DNA of 64,000 bases from a virus (taxonomy: Duplodnaviria > Caudoviricetes): IMG/VR virus record IMGVR_UViG_3300034993_000085, positions 5,479 to 69,478 of that record; one strand, written 5' to 3'. The position numbers were made by a program, and so were the translations under genes. The notes under the pieces are model-generated. The model was not told the origin of the DNA, did no database searches, and saw only the letters and a program-made list of their open reading frames with translations. Positions 24,159 to 32,879 of this stretch are shown here, one piece after another (position 1 is the first letter of the stretch; every line of letters starts with the position of its first letter).

Positions 24159-24190
24159 AAAGGGGCTTGGCGAGAGCTAAGCCCCTTTTG
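24159..24190 (+). terminator. Terminator/attenuator between Y RNA cluster and rsr
   Basis: AAAAGGGGCTT...AAGCCCCTTTTG inverted repeat. Confidence 0.6.
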
Positions 24191-24217
24191 CGTGTGTTCT
24201 TAGAAAGGAGAACGCCC

Positions 24218-25942
24218 ATGCGAACGTATCGGAACATTGGGTCCCGCCACGCGGTGACTCCGCAGTCAGAGCCCATTCCGGGCTCGAATCAGGTAAAAAA
24301 CTCAGCCGGTGGATTCACCTGGCAGATCGACGATTGGGCACGCCTTGAGCGGTTCTTGATTCTTGGGTCTGAAGGAGGCACCTACTATGTCAATGAGCGC
24401 AAGCTCACGCAGGACAACGCGACGTGCGTTGCACGGTGCATTGCGCAAGATGGGCTTCGCACAGTCGAGACTATTCGTGCTATCTCGGAGGCAGGACGAG
24501 CACCAAAGAATGATCCGGCGTTATTTGCGCTTGCGATGTGTGTGTCTCCGCCTGCCGACGATGCGACTCGCGCGGCTGCATTCGCGGCGTTGCCTCGCGT
24601 GGCGCGCATCGGCACCCATTTGCTGCACTTCATTGCGTTCATGGAGCAGTTCCGTGGGTGGGGTAAAGGCCCGCGTAAGGCGGTCGGCGCCTGGTTCAAC
24701 GACAAGAGCCCGGTAGACCTGGCATATCAGGTCACGAAGTACCCGAGCCGCGACAACTGGTCCATGGCTGACGCGCTGCGCCTGGCACATCCGACTCCGG
24801 CATCTGAAGATCATGCCCGACTCTACAAGTACGTCGTGGACAACGAGTACCCCGGGGTATCAGCCAACTCTATCCTTGTTGAAGGAGAAGAGGGGCTCAT
24901 GAAAACAGGTGACTTCGCAGTAACGAAGTACATGCTTGGTGTGTTGACGCTAAAAGAGCAGAAAGACCCGAAGGCTGCTGCGCAGTGCATCGCTGACTTC
25001 AAGCTGCCGCGCGAAGTCGTGCCCACGGAATTGCTCACGTCTCCGGATGTGTGGTATGCGCTGCTCCAGAGCATGCCTATCACGGCGATGGTGCGGAACC
25101 TGGCGACCATGACGCGTGTTGGGCTCATTGGCATGATGTCTGAGGCTGCTGGAACGGTTGCCGATAGGCTTGCTGACACTGAGCGTATCCGGAAGTCTCG
25201 GATTCATCCGATCCAGTTGCTCTCGGCCATGCTGACCTACAAGTCAGGCCATGGAAACCGTGGGCAGAACACGTGGACTCCGGTGCAGGGCGTGGTTGAC
25301 GCTCTCGATGGGGCGTTCTACACGAGCTTTGGCAACGTCGAGCCTTCCAAGGCGCGAACGCTGCTGGCGCTTGATGTGTCCGGCTCCATGCAGAGTGGCG
25401 AGGTCGGCGGGGTCATGGGACTGACGCCTATCCTGGCGGAAGCCGCTATGGCGATGGTCACGGCCCGGGTAGAGCCGCAGCATGGGTTCGTCGCGTTTAG
25501 CGCCGGGCTTCGGACACGGGCATCCATGAGCCGAGGGGGCATTACTCCGATGGACGTGTCTCCGAACATGCGCCTTGCGGATGTCATCAAGCACATGGAG
25601 TCGTACCCGATGGCGGGGACGGACTGCGCGCTCCCGATGCTCTGGGCCAAAGAGAACAAGGTGATGGCTGACACGTTCGTGATCTTCACGGATAACGAGA
25701 CGTGGGCCGGGGGTGTGCACCCGAGTCAGGCACTCCGCCAGTACCGGGAAGCGACGGGCATCCAGGCGAAGTGCATCGTGGTCGGGATGACGGCAACGGA
25801 GTTCTCGATCGCGGACCCCAACGATTCGGGCATGCTCGATGTGGTTGGGTTCGACACGGCGACCCCGAATGTCATCAGCCAGTTCAGCCGGCCAGTCAAC
25901 GCGGCGTTTGAGCCCGTTGCCTGGCAGGGAGAGCAGGAGTAA
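24218..25942 (+). CDS. rsr: Ro60/TROVE-domain RNA-binding protein
   Basis: QVKNSAGG, RFLILGSEGGTYY, RAPKNDPALFALA, MPITAMVRNL, RIHP, C-terminal VWA LDVSGSM, FTDNETW, LDVVGFD; ATG 24218 with AGAAAGGAG RBS. Confidence 0.95.
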   Translation: MRTYRNIGSRHAVTPQSEPIPGSNQVKNSAGGFTWQIDDWARLERFLILGSEGGTYYVNERKLTQDNATCVARCIAQDGLRTVETIRAISEAGRAPKNDPALFALAMCVSPPADDATRAAAFAALPRVARIGTHLLHFIAFMEQFRGWGKGPRKAVGAWFNDKSPVDLAYQVTKYPSRDNWSMADALRLAHPTPASEDHARLYKYVVDNEYPGVSANSILVEGEEGLMKTGDFAVTKYMLGVLTLKEQKDPKAAAQCIADFKLPREVVPTELLTSPDVWYALLQSMPITAMVRNLATMTRVGLIGMMSEAAGTVADRLADTERIRKSRIHPIQLLSAMLTYKSGHGNRGQNTWTPVQGVVDALDGAFYTSFGNVEPSKARTLLALDVSGSMQSGEVGGVMGLTPILAEAAMAMVTARVEPQHGFVAFSAGLRTRASMSRGGITPMDVSPNMRLADVIKHMESYPMAGTDCALPMLWAKENKVMADTFVIFTDNETWAGGVHPSQALRQYREATGIQAKCIVVGMTATEFSIADPNDSGMLDVVGFDTATPNVISQFSRPVNAAFEPVAWQGEQE

Positions 25943-25944
25943 GT

Positions 25945-26379
25945 ATGGACCCGGCAGTTTCGCAAATGCTTAGCTACCTTCAACAGGTAGCTGAGCGCCT
26001 GGGCATCGAGGGCTCTCGCTTGTGGCCTCAGCTTGTGTTCGCTACGTTCGTTCAATCCGTCGCGCTGCTTTTCCTTACCGTGTGTATCACAGGGATAAGC
26101 GCTGCGGTGACAGCGTTCGCCGTGTGGCGCTGGCGCCGCCAGTGGGCAGAAGCAAACAAGGAGTACAAGGAATACAACGCTGATCCAAGGAGTAGGGGCT
26201 ATGTGTCGTCTCCCTTTCCTCTGGAGATGTTCTGGTTCTACCCAATGCTCATCGGAGCGTCGTTCTTTTTCATCGCACTCATGATCCTCATTACGCATCT
26301 ATCTGAGTGGGCGATGGGGATATATTCTCCGGAAGTAGCGACGGTCTTGAATCTGGTGAAGTCGGTAAAAAGCAAGTAA
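25945..26379 (+). CDS. Membrane protein
   Basis: 144 aa, two TM helices; co-transcribed with rsr. Confidence 0.7.
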   Translation: MDPAVSQMLSYLQQVAERLGIEGSRLWPQLVFATFVQSVALLFLTVCITGISAAVTAFAVWRWRRQWAEANKEYKEYNADPRSRGYVSSPFPLEMFWFYPMLIGASFFFIALMILITHLSEWAMGIYSPEVATVLNLVKSVKSK

Positions 26380-26415
26380 AATATAGGCGAGGCTTGCAGA
26401 GGCCGATATGCCAGA

Positions 26416-26443
26416 AAGCCCCCCGTTTCCGGGGGGCTTTCCT
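26416..26443 (+). terminator. Intrinsic terminator
   Basis: GAAAGCCCCCC/GGGGGGCTTTC stem followed by T-rich bases. Confidence 0.75.
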
Positions 26444-26449
26444 TTGCCC

Positions 26450-26478
26450 TTGACATGCCCGATAGGGCGGGGTAAACT
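26450..26478 (+). promoter_or_regulatory. Sigma70-type promoter
   Basis: TTGACA-17-TAAACT. Confidence 0.8.
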
Positions 26479-26506
26479 GTTGTATATACAGAAGGAGGTT
26501 TTCACG

Positions 26507-26620
26507 GTGTATTTTGAAATTCCGCAGCTACGCATATGGGCCGCTCGTTGGCAGATACATTTTGAGCGCGGAAAGAATGGGCAATACAGGCGATGGTTCA
26601 CGCTTCGGTGGCCGTTCTAA
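26507..26620 (+). CDS. 37-aa aromatic-rich peptide
   Basis: GTG start with AAGGAGG RBS. Confidence 0.55.
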   Translation: MYFEIPQLRIWAARWQIHFERGKNGQYRRWFTLRWPF

Positions 26621-26784
26621 TGAAAAGTAGATCGGTCAAGACGCGCGAGGCGAAGGCTCAGGCACGGGCGCAGCGCTCCGTTGAGTGCATGCGGCGCGGG
26701 GTGAGGCTTGAGAGCCGCCCCCAGAACCCGCACAACCCGCCGAGCAATGCGCCCCGGTGGCGGAAGGATGGGACACCGAAATGA
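26620..26784 (+). CDS. 54-aa basic peptide
   Basis: TAATG overlap. Confidence 0.45.
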   Translation: MKSRSVKTREAKAQARAQRSVECMRRGVRLESRPQNPHNPPSNAPRWRKDGTPK

Positions 26785-27851
26785 CAGTTAAGACACGCGA
26801 ACTTTCTGATCTGGTCCGCGAGGCCCAGACAGCAGACGGTAACTCCCGCTACTACCACACGCAGCCGGGGTGGTTCGAGGACCTGGGCTACGGCTACGAT
26901 GACCCGGTTGACGCGCTCTGTCTCGAAGGCCATTCTGCACTCATTCAAAAGGTCCCGCTGAACCTGACTCTCGAAGGTTACGGAGAGATCAAACTCGCTA
27001 ACACCTATGGCCTGGTGCGGGAGCCGTCGATCCATGACCCGCATCCTCGGGTAACAGCGACCGTGAGCGGACGCTTTCAGCCGATCCAACAGGTTGACGT
27101 GGCAGAGATGCTGAAGCCAATCGCCCAACAGTTCCCGCTAGAGATGATCGCGGCGTACGGGCAGTTCAATGATCATGTTGTGTGGGGCTTCCGCTTCGGG
27201 GAGTTCACCATCAAGCCCCCGACCGGGCGTAAAGGCGACGATGGCGTGCACTGGCTCTATGTCGATCATGTGAACGATGGCGGGCACGGACTGCGGGGCA
27301 TGCTCCTGAATATCCGGGCCAAGTGCACGAACGTCCTGCCTCACGCAGGGAGGCACTCAAAGTTCAGCGTGTCGCTCCCGCACGTCGGCAACGTGTCGCG
27401 TCGGCTCGTGGATTGGGCAGACTTCATCACGCGAGCCAAGAGAGCGGCGCTCGATGAGACAGAGATGTATCAGCATCTCGCCAACGGGACGCTGGACCGA
27501 GAGACCATCGAAGATGTGTTCGGTGCCGTGTACCGGGTAGCTCGGCCAGCATCACTCGATGGGCTCGGGGATGAGATCGGCCCGGATACTCCTGATGATG
27601 TGGCCGCAAGTGTCGAGCGGTATCTCACTCGGGTTCGCCGCGCCCAGAAGTCGAAGCAAGCTGCTATCATTGCATTAGACACATTTAATGAGCGCAACCC
27701 GCAGTTCGCCAACACCAAATGGGCGGTGCTCCAGGGCGTCACGGAAGTTGAAACGTGGAAAACAGGACGCCTCCGGGGCTACTCTCTACTCTTTGGTGAT
27801 CGATCACTCACGATCAACAAGACAGCGGAGATACTGATCGGGCAGCGCTAA
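26781..27851 (+). CDS. DUF932-family protein
   Basis: GRFQPIQ, DGGHGL, RAKCTNVL, HVGN, WAVLQGVTE pattern typical of the family. Confidence 0.75.
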   Translation: MTVKTRELSDLVREAQTADGNSRYYHTQPGWFEDLGYGYDDPVDALCLEGHSALIQKVPLNLTLEGYGEIKLANTYGLVREPSIHDPHPRVTATVSGRFQPIQQVDVAEMLKPIAQQFPLEMIAAYGQFNDHVVWGFRFGEFTIKPPTGRKGDDGVHWLYVDHVNDGGHGLRGMLLNIRAKCTNVLPHAGRHSKFSVSLPHVGNVSRRLVDWADFITRAKRAALDETEMYQHLANGTLDRETIEDVFGAVYRVARPASLDGLGDEIGPDTPDDVAASVERYLTRVRRAQKSKQAAIIALDTFNERNPQFANTKWAVLQGVTEVETWKTGRLRGYSLLFGDRSLTINKTAEILIGQR

Positions 27852-27864
27852 TGGGAGCGCGTGT

Positions 27865-28440
27865 ATGGCTGATGAACGGAAGCTCTTGTGGATCGCACGG
27901 TACGAGGGGCGCTTGCTCTATATTCCTCATGAGAACATCGAGATGGTCGTATCGAACATCGACTACCAGGGGCGGGTTATTCCTCGGATGCCTATCCGCC
28001 TCTTCCGTATGACCCACGAGAACGAGGCGACGTACATCGACATCAACCCGAACGAGGACACCATGAACGACCTTCTTGGCCGGATCGTGGACCTCGGAAA
28101 CCTCGTGGATTACAGCGAGGGTATCCGGCGCCAACAGGCCGAAGTGATTCAACAGCGTCTCGAAGCGACGGCGCAGATGCAGGGGCCTGAAGAAATCACG
28201 ATCCCCGTGACTTCTGAGGTTCCAAACGGAGAGCGCACCAAGGCGTCGTTTCCTGAACCGCTTCCGGTGGATCGTGAGGAAGTCGCCGTGACTGGCGTGA
28301 ATGAGTGGGATGCGGACGCCAGCGCACTTCCTGATGTCGTCACCGAGCAGGCCCAACAGAATCTCATTGAGGAGGTCACACCCAGACCCGAGCCGCCGAA
28401 GGCTGATAAGGTGAGGAAGCGCAATGGAAATCGCCGCTAG
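27865..28440 (+). CDS. Hypothetical acidic protein
   Basis: 191-aa ORF, GGGAG RBS. Confidence 0.7.
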   Translation: MADERKLLWIARYEGRLLYIPHENIEMVVSNIDYQGRVIPRMPIRLFRMTHENEATYIDINPNEDTMNDLLGRIVDLGNLVDYSEGIRRQQAEVIQQRLEATAQMQGPEEITIPVTSEVPNGERTKASFPEPLPVDREEVAVTGVNEWDADASALPDVVTEQAQQNLIEEVTPRPEPPKADKVRKRNGNRR

Positions 28441-28522
28441 CGTTGGAATTGGGTTCGTTGCTGGTTTCATTACAGCACTTGTTATGGCCGTAGCAGCGAC
28501 GACCCGCATAGTAAAGGAGTAG
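28424..28522 (+). CDS. 32-aa TM peptide
   Basis: MEIAASVGIGFVAGFITALVMAVAATTRIVKE (hand translated), GAGGA RBS. Confidence 0.5.
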   Translation: MEIAASVGIGFVAGFITALVMAVAATTRIVKE

Positions 28523-28525
28523 CAG

Positions 28526-28681
28526 ATGAAGGTCAAAGTAGTGGGGTATTACACCCCCGATGAAGATGAGCAGGACCCGAAAGACAAAACGGGACTTACA
28601 TCGGAAGCCTATGAGCACCTGATGATGAATGACCTCATAAATCTGGAGATCGAGACGATCGAGAAGGTTCCGGGATCGTAG
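28526..28681 (+). CDS. 51-aa acidic protein
   Basis: AAGGAG RBS; abuts helicase start. Confidence 0.55.
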   Translation: MKVKVVGYYTPDEDEQDPKDKTGLTSEAYEHLMMNDLINLEIETIEKVPGS

Positions 28682-30058
28682 ATGCCCGACACGCGCGGCC
28701 TGTTACGTCTAAAACCCCATCAACTCGATGGGGTTTCGCATATTCTCAGCCGGGAGTATGCCATCACCGGAGCCGGTACCGGCACCGGCAAGACGGGCAT
28801 GATGGCCTGGGCGTCGAAGATGGCGCTCGAAGAGCTAGAGCCCGTGATGAACATCGTCCCGAACTCCATCATGCAGCAAACGCTCGAAGAGTACGAGTTC
28901 TGGCACGGGCAGGAGTGGGCACGCCAGCATGTCGTGCAGTTGCACAGCATGGCCCAGAAGGATCGCGCGGACCTACTCCGGAGAACGCGGCGCCAGCACG
29001 ACATCGTGGTTATCGCCAGTCACGAGATGCTGTCGAATAAAGAGGTTGCAGCGGCGCTCGAATCGAGAACATGGGCACTGACCCTGGTGGACGAAGGCTC
29101 CCGCTTCCGGAATGACAGCGCGCGCTCTCGGGCGCTTGGCCGCTTGCGCAAGGTATCGGGTATCCGGAACGTCATGTCTGGAACACTGGTTGTTCGGAAT
29201 CGAGGCGATCTGTGGTATCCTGGCGTGTTCCTAAAGCAGGGGCTCTTCTCCGGAATCACACAGCGTGAAATATTCATGCGGCATTTCTTCACCTTCGATG
29301 AAGAGACCCAGGAGTTCACCGAGAAAGAGCGCCCGGAGCATCGGGCAGAGCTTGATGCGATCGTGAATGCGATCACCTGGCGCGTCCAGCTATCCGATGT
29401 GCGTGACATGCCCGCGCGTACGATCACGCGGCGTGTCGTCGATATGAGCTTAGCCCAGCGCCGCGCGTACGCGGAGCTACGGGACACCCTGACACTGGAG
29501 ATCGAACGAGAAGATGACAAAGACTTTAAGCTGCGGGTGCGGCACTACGTTACGCGCATCCAGCGCTTGCAGGAAATCGCGGCTGGCTTTGCGCGGAACG
29601 CATCTGGGGATATCTACTACATCGGATCGAGCAAGACCGAGGAGCTTGGAGAGTTGCTTCAAGACGGTACTCCAAGTATTGTCTGGACTTGGTGGGTACC
29701 GGAACGGGATGCTGTTGTGGATCGCCTTCGCAATATACATATTAGCGTTACTCGTGACCGAGCCTATTTCAATGCCGGTCAGGCCCAGGTAATCGTCATG
29801 TCTCCCGCGTCCGGGGGATACGGCATGAACCTGGATCGGGCAGAGCGGATGATCTACCACTCACTCCCGTGGGACCTCGACCTGTATATCCAGAGTCAGG
29901 AGCGCAACTGGCGCCTGACCACTACGAAACCCAAGGAGATCGTGCATCTGGTTTCCCGGGATACCATCGATGAGCGGGTGCTCGGGAAGCTCATTGCCAA
30001 GGCGCGCATCAGTGAGCGTGCAATGGGCAAAAGCGATGCCCTTGCATTTCTGCGGTAA
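28682..30058 (+). CDS. SNF2-family SF2 helicase
   Basis: GTGTGKT, VDEG, MSGT, GGYGMNL, QSQERNWR. Confidence 0.9.
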   Translation: MPDTRGLLRLKPHQLDGVSHILSREYAITGAGTGTGKTGMMAWASKMALEELEPVMNIVPNSIMQQTLEEYEFWHGQEWARQHVVQLHSMAQKDRADLLRRTRRQHDIVVIASHEMLSNKEVAAALESRTWALTLVDEGSRFRNDSARSRALGRLRKVSGIRNVMSGTLVVRNRGDLWYPGVFLKQGLFSGITQREIFMRHFFTFDEETQEFTEKERPEHRAELDAIVNAITWRVQLSDVRDMPARTITRRVVDMSLAQRRAYAELRDTLTLEIEREDDKDFKLRVRHYVTRIQRLQEIAAGFARNASGDIYYIGSSKTEELGELLQDGTPSIVWTWWVPERDAVVDRLRNIHISVTRDRAYFNAGQAQVIVMSPASGGYGMNLDRAERMIYHSLPWDLDLYIQSQERNWRLTTTKPKEIVHLVSRDTIDERVLGKLIAKARISERAMGKSDALAFLR

Positions 30059-30069
30059 TAGTGTAAAAT
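30042..30069 (+). promoter_or_regulatory. Promoter
   Basis: TTGCAT-16-TAAAAT. Confidence 0.55.
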
Positions 30070-30089
30070 ACAACAGAAGGAGATCAGAT

Positions 30090-30293
30090 ATGAGTGTAGG
30101 ACCGTCAAAAGGCAAGGAAGCTCGAAGCGTGCATATAGCGCTGATAGTCGTTCCGTCGCTGAAGCAGCGTATAGCGGAACACGCGAGCAGAGAAGATAGG
30201 TCACAGTCGTGGATCATGCACAAAGCCCTGGAGCTTGGCATGACTGAGCTTGAGGCCCGCGCCAACGACAAGAACACGTACCCAGGGTCCTGA
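30090..30293 (+). CDS. Ribbon-helix-helix DNA-binding protein
   Basis: IALIVVPSLKQRIAEHASREDRSQSWIMHKALE; AAGGAG RBS. Confidence 0.7.
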   Translation: MSVGPSKGKEARSVHIALIVVPSLKQRIAEHASREDRSQSWIMHKALELGMTELEARANDKNTYPGS

Positions 30294-30304
30294 AAGGAGC
30301 CTTT

Positions 30305-30715
30305 ATGGTAAAAACCACAGACGAAAATTTCGAAAACTTGGCGCCGCCGCCAGGGTACGGTTGCATTGTGTGCGGAGAGCGTTTTACCCTGACCAACGGG
30401 GAGAAGATTCTCTCGGTGCACGAACACGTCAACAATAATATGACCAGCGAGCGTTTCTACCACCCCGGCTGCTACACCGCCAGCGTTCCAGCCCGTTACC
30501 GGAGCGAGCAACTCGACTCGCAGATCGGCGCCACGCAGGGGCCATGGTCATCGGTGGAGCTTCACAAGAACAGCAAGGGCTTCACCCACGACATCAAGGT
30601 GTACTTCCCTCCGGACTGGACAGCCGAGCAAGTTCAAGAGCGGCTCGCGGATTTCCAGAGGGTCATTGAGAAGCTCGAAAGCATTGGCAGCGAGGGGAGA
30701 CATGAGCTTGAGTGA
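30305..30715 (+). CDS. Hypothetical protein with Zn-binding residues
   Basis: CIVC...HPGC; AAAGGAG RBS. Confidence 0.65.
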   Translation: MVKTTDENFENLAPPPGYGCIVCGERFTLTNGEKILSVHEHVNNNMTSERFYHPGCYTASVPARYRSEQLDSQIGATQGPWSSVELHKNSKGFTHDIKVYFPPDWTAEQVQERLADFQRVIEKLESIGSEGRHELE

Positions 30716-30929
30716 TGATGCTCCGGAAGTGCATCTAGCCCCTCTTATCGCGGTCGCGCACTTGTTACTGGCTGCCGAAAGCCTAGCCCGAAACCTCGAT
30801 TTCAATCGCGCAGCGTATACGACAGCGCTTGCACAGAGTTTACTCGGCGTACTAAAAACCGAGCTTGATGCGTGCGACGCTTGGCAAGAGGAGAATCCGG
30901 ACAAGAAGTGGGAGAAGGTGAGCGAATGA
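30702..30929 (+). CDS. Hypothetical protein
   Basis: ATG 30702 with GAGGGGAG RBS. Confidence 0.55.
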   Translation: MSLSDDAPEVHLAPLIAVAHLLLAAESLARNLDFNRAAYTTALAQSLLGVLKTELDACDAWQEENPDKKWEKVSE

Positions 30930-31135
30930 TTGAAGTAACTACTGACACATTCACATGCGCGGGGTGCGGGGGCACCTTCGACAAGGAATGGAGCGACGCG
31001 GAGGCCCAGGCCGAGTACGAGCGCAACATTCCCGCAGAAGATCGCGGTGGTCCGGTCGATACCGTGTGCGATGACTGCTACAACGCGGTCATGAACAAGC
31101 GCTTCGGCACCCAGAAGAATTGGGTGACTGAATGA
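30926..31135 (+). CDS. Small Zn-finger protein
   Basis: FTCAGC...VCDDC; ATGA overlaps. Confidence 0.65.
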   Translation: MIEVTTDTFTCAGCGGTFDKEWSDAEAQAEYERNIPAEDRGGPVDTVCDDCYNAVMNKRFGTQKNWVTE

Positions 31136-31665
31136 CCAAGAAATTCGGAGCGCCGCCTCGCAAGGCGGCGCCCATGGCGCTGCGGTACCCCGACTCAGCG
31201 CGCAACTCCGGACGCATCAAGTCGTCCGCTGAGTTAGCCATCGAAGCGGGGGTTGCGCATCGAGGGCGCAACGGCCAGCTTCATTTCCGGTTGGCCATGA
31301 ACCCGACGCTGGTTGTGCTGTGTGAGAAGCAGCAGTACGCATGCGCGTACTGCGGCACCACGCTCGACAGTCAGAACGCCACGCTCGATCACGTCCTGGC
31401 ACTCTCACGCGGTGGCAGCGTCAACGCCCCTGAGAATCTCGTGGCATCGTGCTTCTCATGCAACAATGAGAAGGGGGACCGCTTACTTCACAGTGAGTGG
31501 ACCCCTCCGAACCTTCGCGTCACCCCAGAGAGTTACAGCACTGGGAGCGATCGGATCGTCCACACAGTTGATGCCCGTGCTCGATTTCGCAAGGCTGCAA
31601 AGGAAGTTGTGGAGAAGCACCGGAAAGCGCTCGATATGCTCGCGGAGTACGACGCGCAGGTTTAA
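31132..31665 (+). CDS. HNH endonuclease
   Basis: CAYCG...TLDHVLALSRGG...NLVASCFSCNNEKG. Confidence 0.9.
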   Translation: MTKKFGAPPRKAAPMALRYPDSARNSGRIKSSAELAIEAGVAHRGRNGQLHFRLAMNPTLVVLCEKQQYACAYCGTTLDSQNATLDHVLALSRGGSVNAPENLVASCFSCNNEKGDRLLHSEWTPPNLRVTPESYSTGSDRIVHTVDARARFRKAAKEVVEKHRKALDMLAEYDAQV

Positions 31666-31922
31666 TACTCCGGCGGGGTCGTGTTGAAGATCACGGGCTC
31701 GCCTTTTTCTTGGAGCATTCCATTCATCATCTTGGCTATCCGTCCGCTAGCCCGTCTGGTAGCTGGGATATCTTCCCGAAGATAAGCAGTGAGTTGGTTG
31801 TAGGCCATATACATATCGTGCTGAACAGCCCAATCCCAAAGCTCTCGGTACTGGATTTGCCGGCGCGCAAGCTCCATTCGCACGTTCTCCATAGTGGGAA
31901 GGGTCAACGGTTTCGATGTCAC
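31662..31922 (-). CDS. Putative HTH transcriptional regulator (isolated counter-oriented gene)
   Basis: 86 aa helical; own AAGGAG RBS and TATAAT at 31966-31971. Confidence 0.55.
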   Translation of the reverse strand: MTSKPLTLPTMENVRMELARRQIQYRELWDWAVQHDMYMAYNQLTAYLREDIPATRRASGRIAKMMNGMLQEKGEPVIFNTTPPEY

Positions 31923-32043
31923 GTGGGTCTCCGATTGGCTCCTTGTTTAGATGCCGCCTTGTTGTATTATACATAGGCACGGTACAGGAGGCCGCGCATA
32001 CCGTTACTCGACTCCGGATTCATGATTCAAGGATCAAGGACGC

Positions 32044-32868
32044 ATGGCGAAAGACACCAAGAACGAAGAAACAGAAGTGATTGACGACGAAGCGGCGATC
32101 CGGGAACGCGTCGCTAAGGCCAAAGCAACCCAGGTCGATGACGCCGAAGGGCACATCGATGATGAGTACGCGCTCGCACAGGCGAACAAGTCCGGATCGG
32201 GTACCATCGCTCCCGCGCTCGATCTCTCCCGCACCCTGACCGTCAAGGACTTCAAGCTCCCACGGCTCAAGCTCTTGCAGGCCATGAGCAAGGAGTGCAA
32301 GCGCGAGGACAACGCCCTGCCTCACGGGACGTGGTACCTCGAAGGGAACCGGGATACGCTCGGCAAGGAAGCCGTGGTTATTCCACTCTTCCAGTACATG
32401 AACCGTTCGATGATGGTTCCTGGGCAGGGGCCGGTGTGCCGCAGCTACGACATGATCCAGGGGCAAGGCGACCCGGGTATCCTGTGTGCTGACTGCTCGT
32501 TCAAAGATTGGCCCAAAGAGCGCGGCAAAGGTGGGCCTCCGTGCAACGAGTATTACAACTACCCGGTGCTCGTGGTGATCCCCGACGATGACCCGCAGCT
32601 TGGGCTCATGACCCTTGGCCGGACCAGCACCGACGCGGCCAAGATGCTCAATTCGTTCTGGGCAAACAGTGTCGGGAACTCGTGGTACACTGCCATGTAT
32701 CGGCTCGGTCGCGAACTGGAGAACAAGCCCAAGGGCTCCTACTATGTCGCGACCGTGACCCGAGAAGGTAAGACCAAAGGGGAGCTACTTGAGCGGGCCG
32801 AACAGATGGTGCAGACCATCGATGCGACCGCCGTTCGACGAGCCATCGAACAAGACCCTACTGAGTAG
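32044..32868 (+). CDS. Putative ssDNA-binding/annealing replication protein
   Basis: LPRLKLLQAMS motif, aromatic-rich core, directly upstream of primase; family assignment tentative. Confidence 0.45.
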   Translation: MAKDTKNEETEVIDDEAAIRERVAKAKATQVDDAEGHIDDEYALAQANKSGSGTIAPALDLSRTLTVKDFKLPRLKLLQAMSKECKREDNALPHGTWYLEGNRDTLGKEAVVIPLFQYMNRSMMVPGQGPVCRSYDMIQGQGDPGILCADCSFKDWPKERGKGGPPCNEYYNYPVLVVIPDDDPQLGLMTLGRTSTDAAKMLNSFWANSVGNSWYTAMYRLGRELENKPKGSYYVATVTREGKTKGELLERAEQMVQTIDATAVRRAIEQDPTE

Positions 32869-32879
32869 CGCAACACAAT

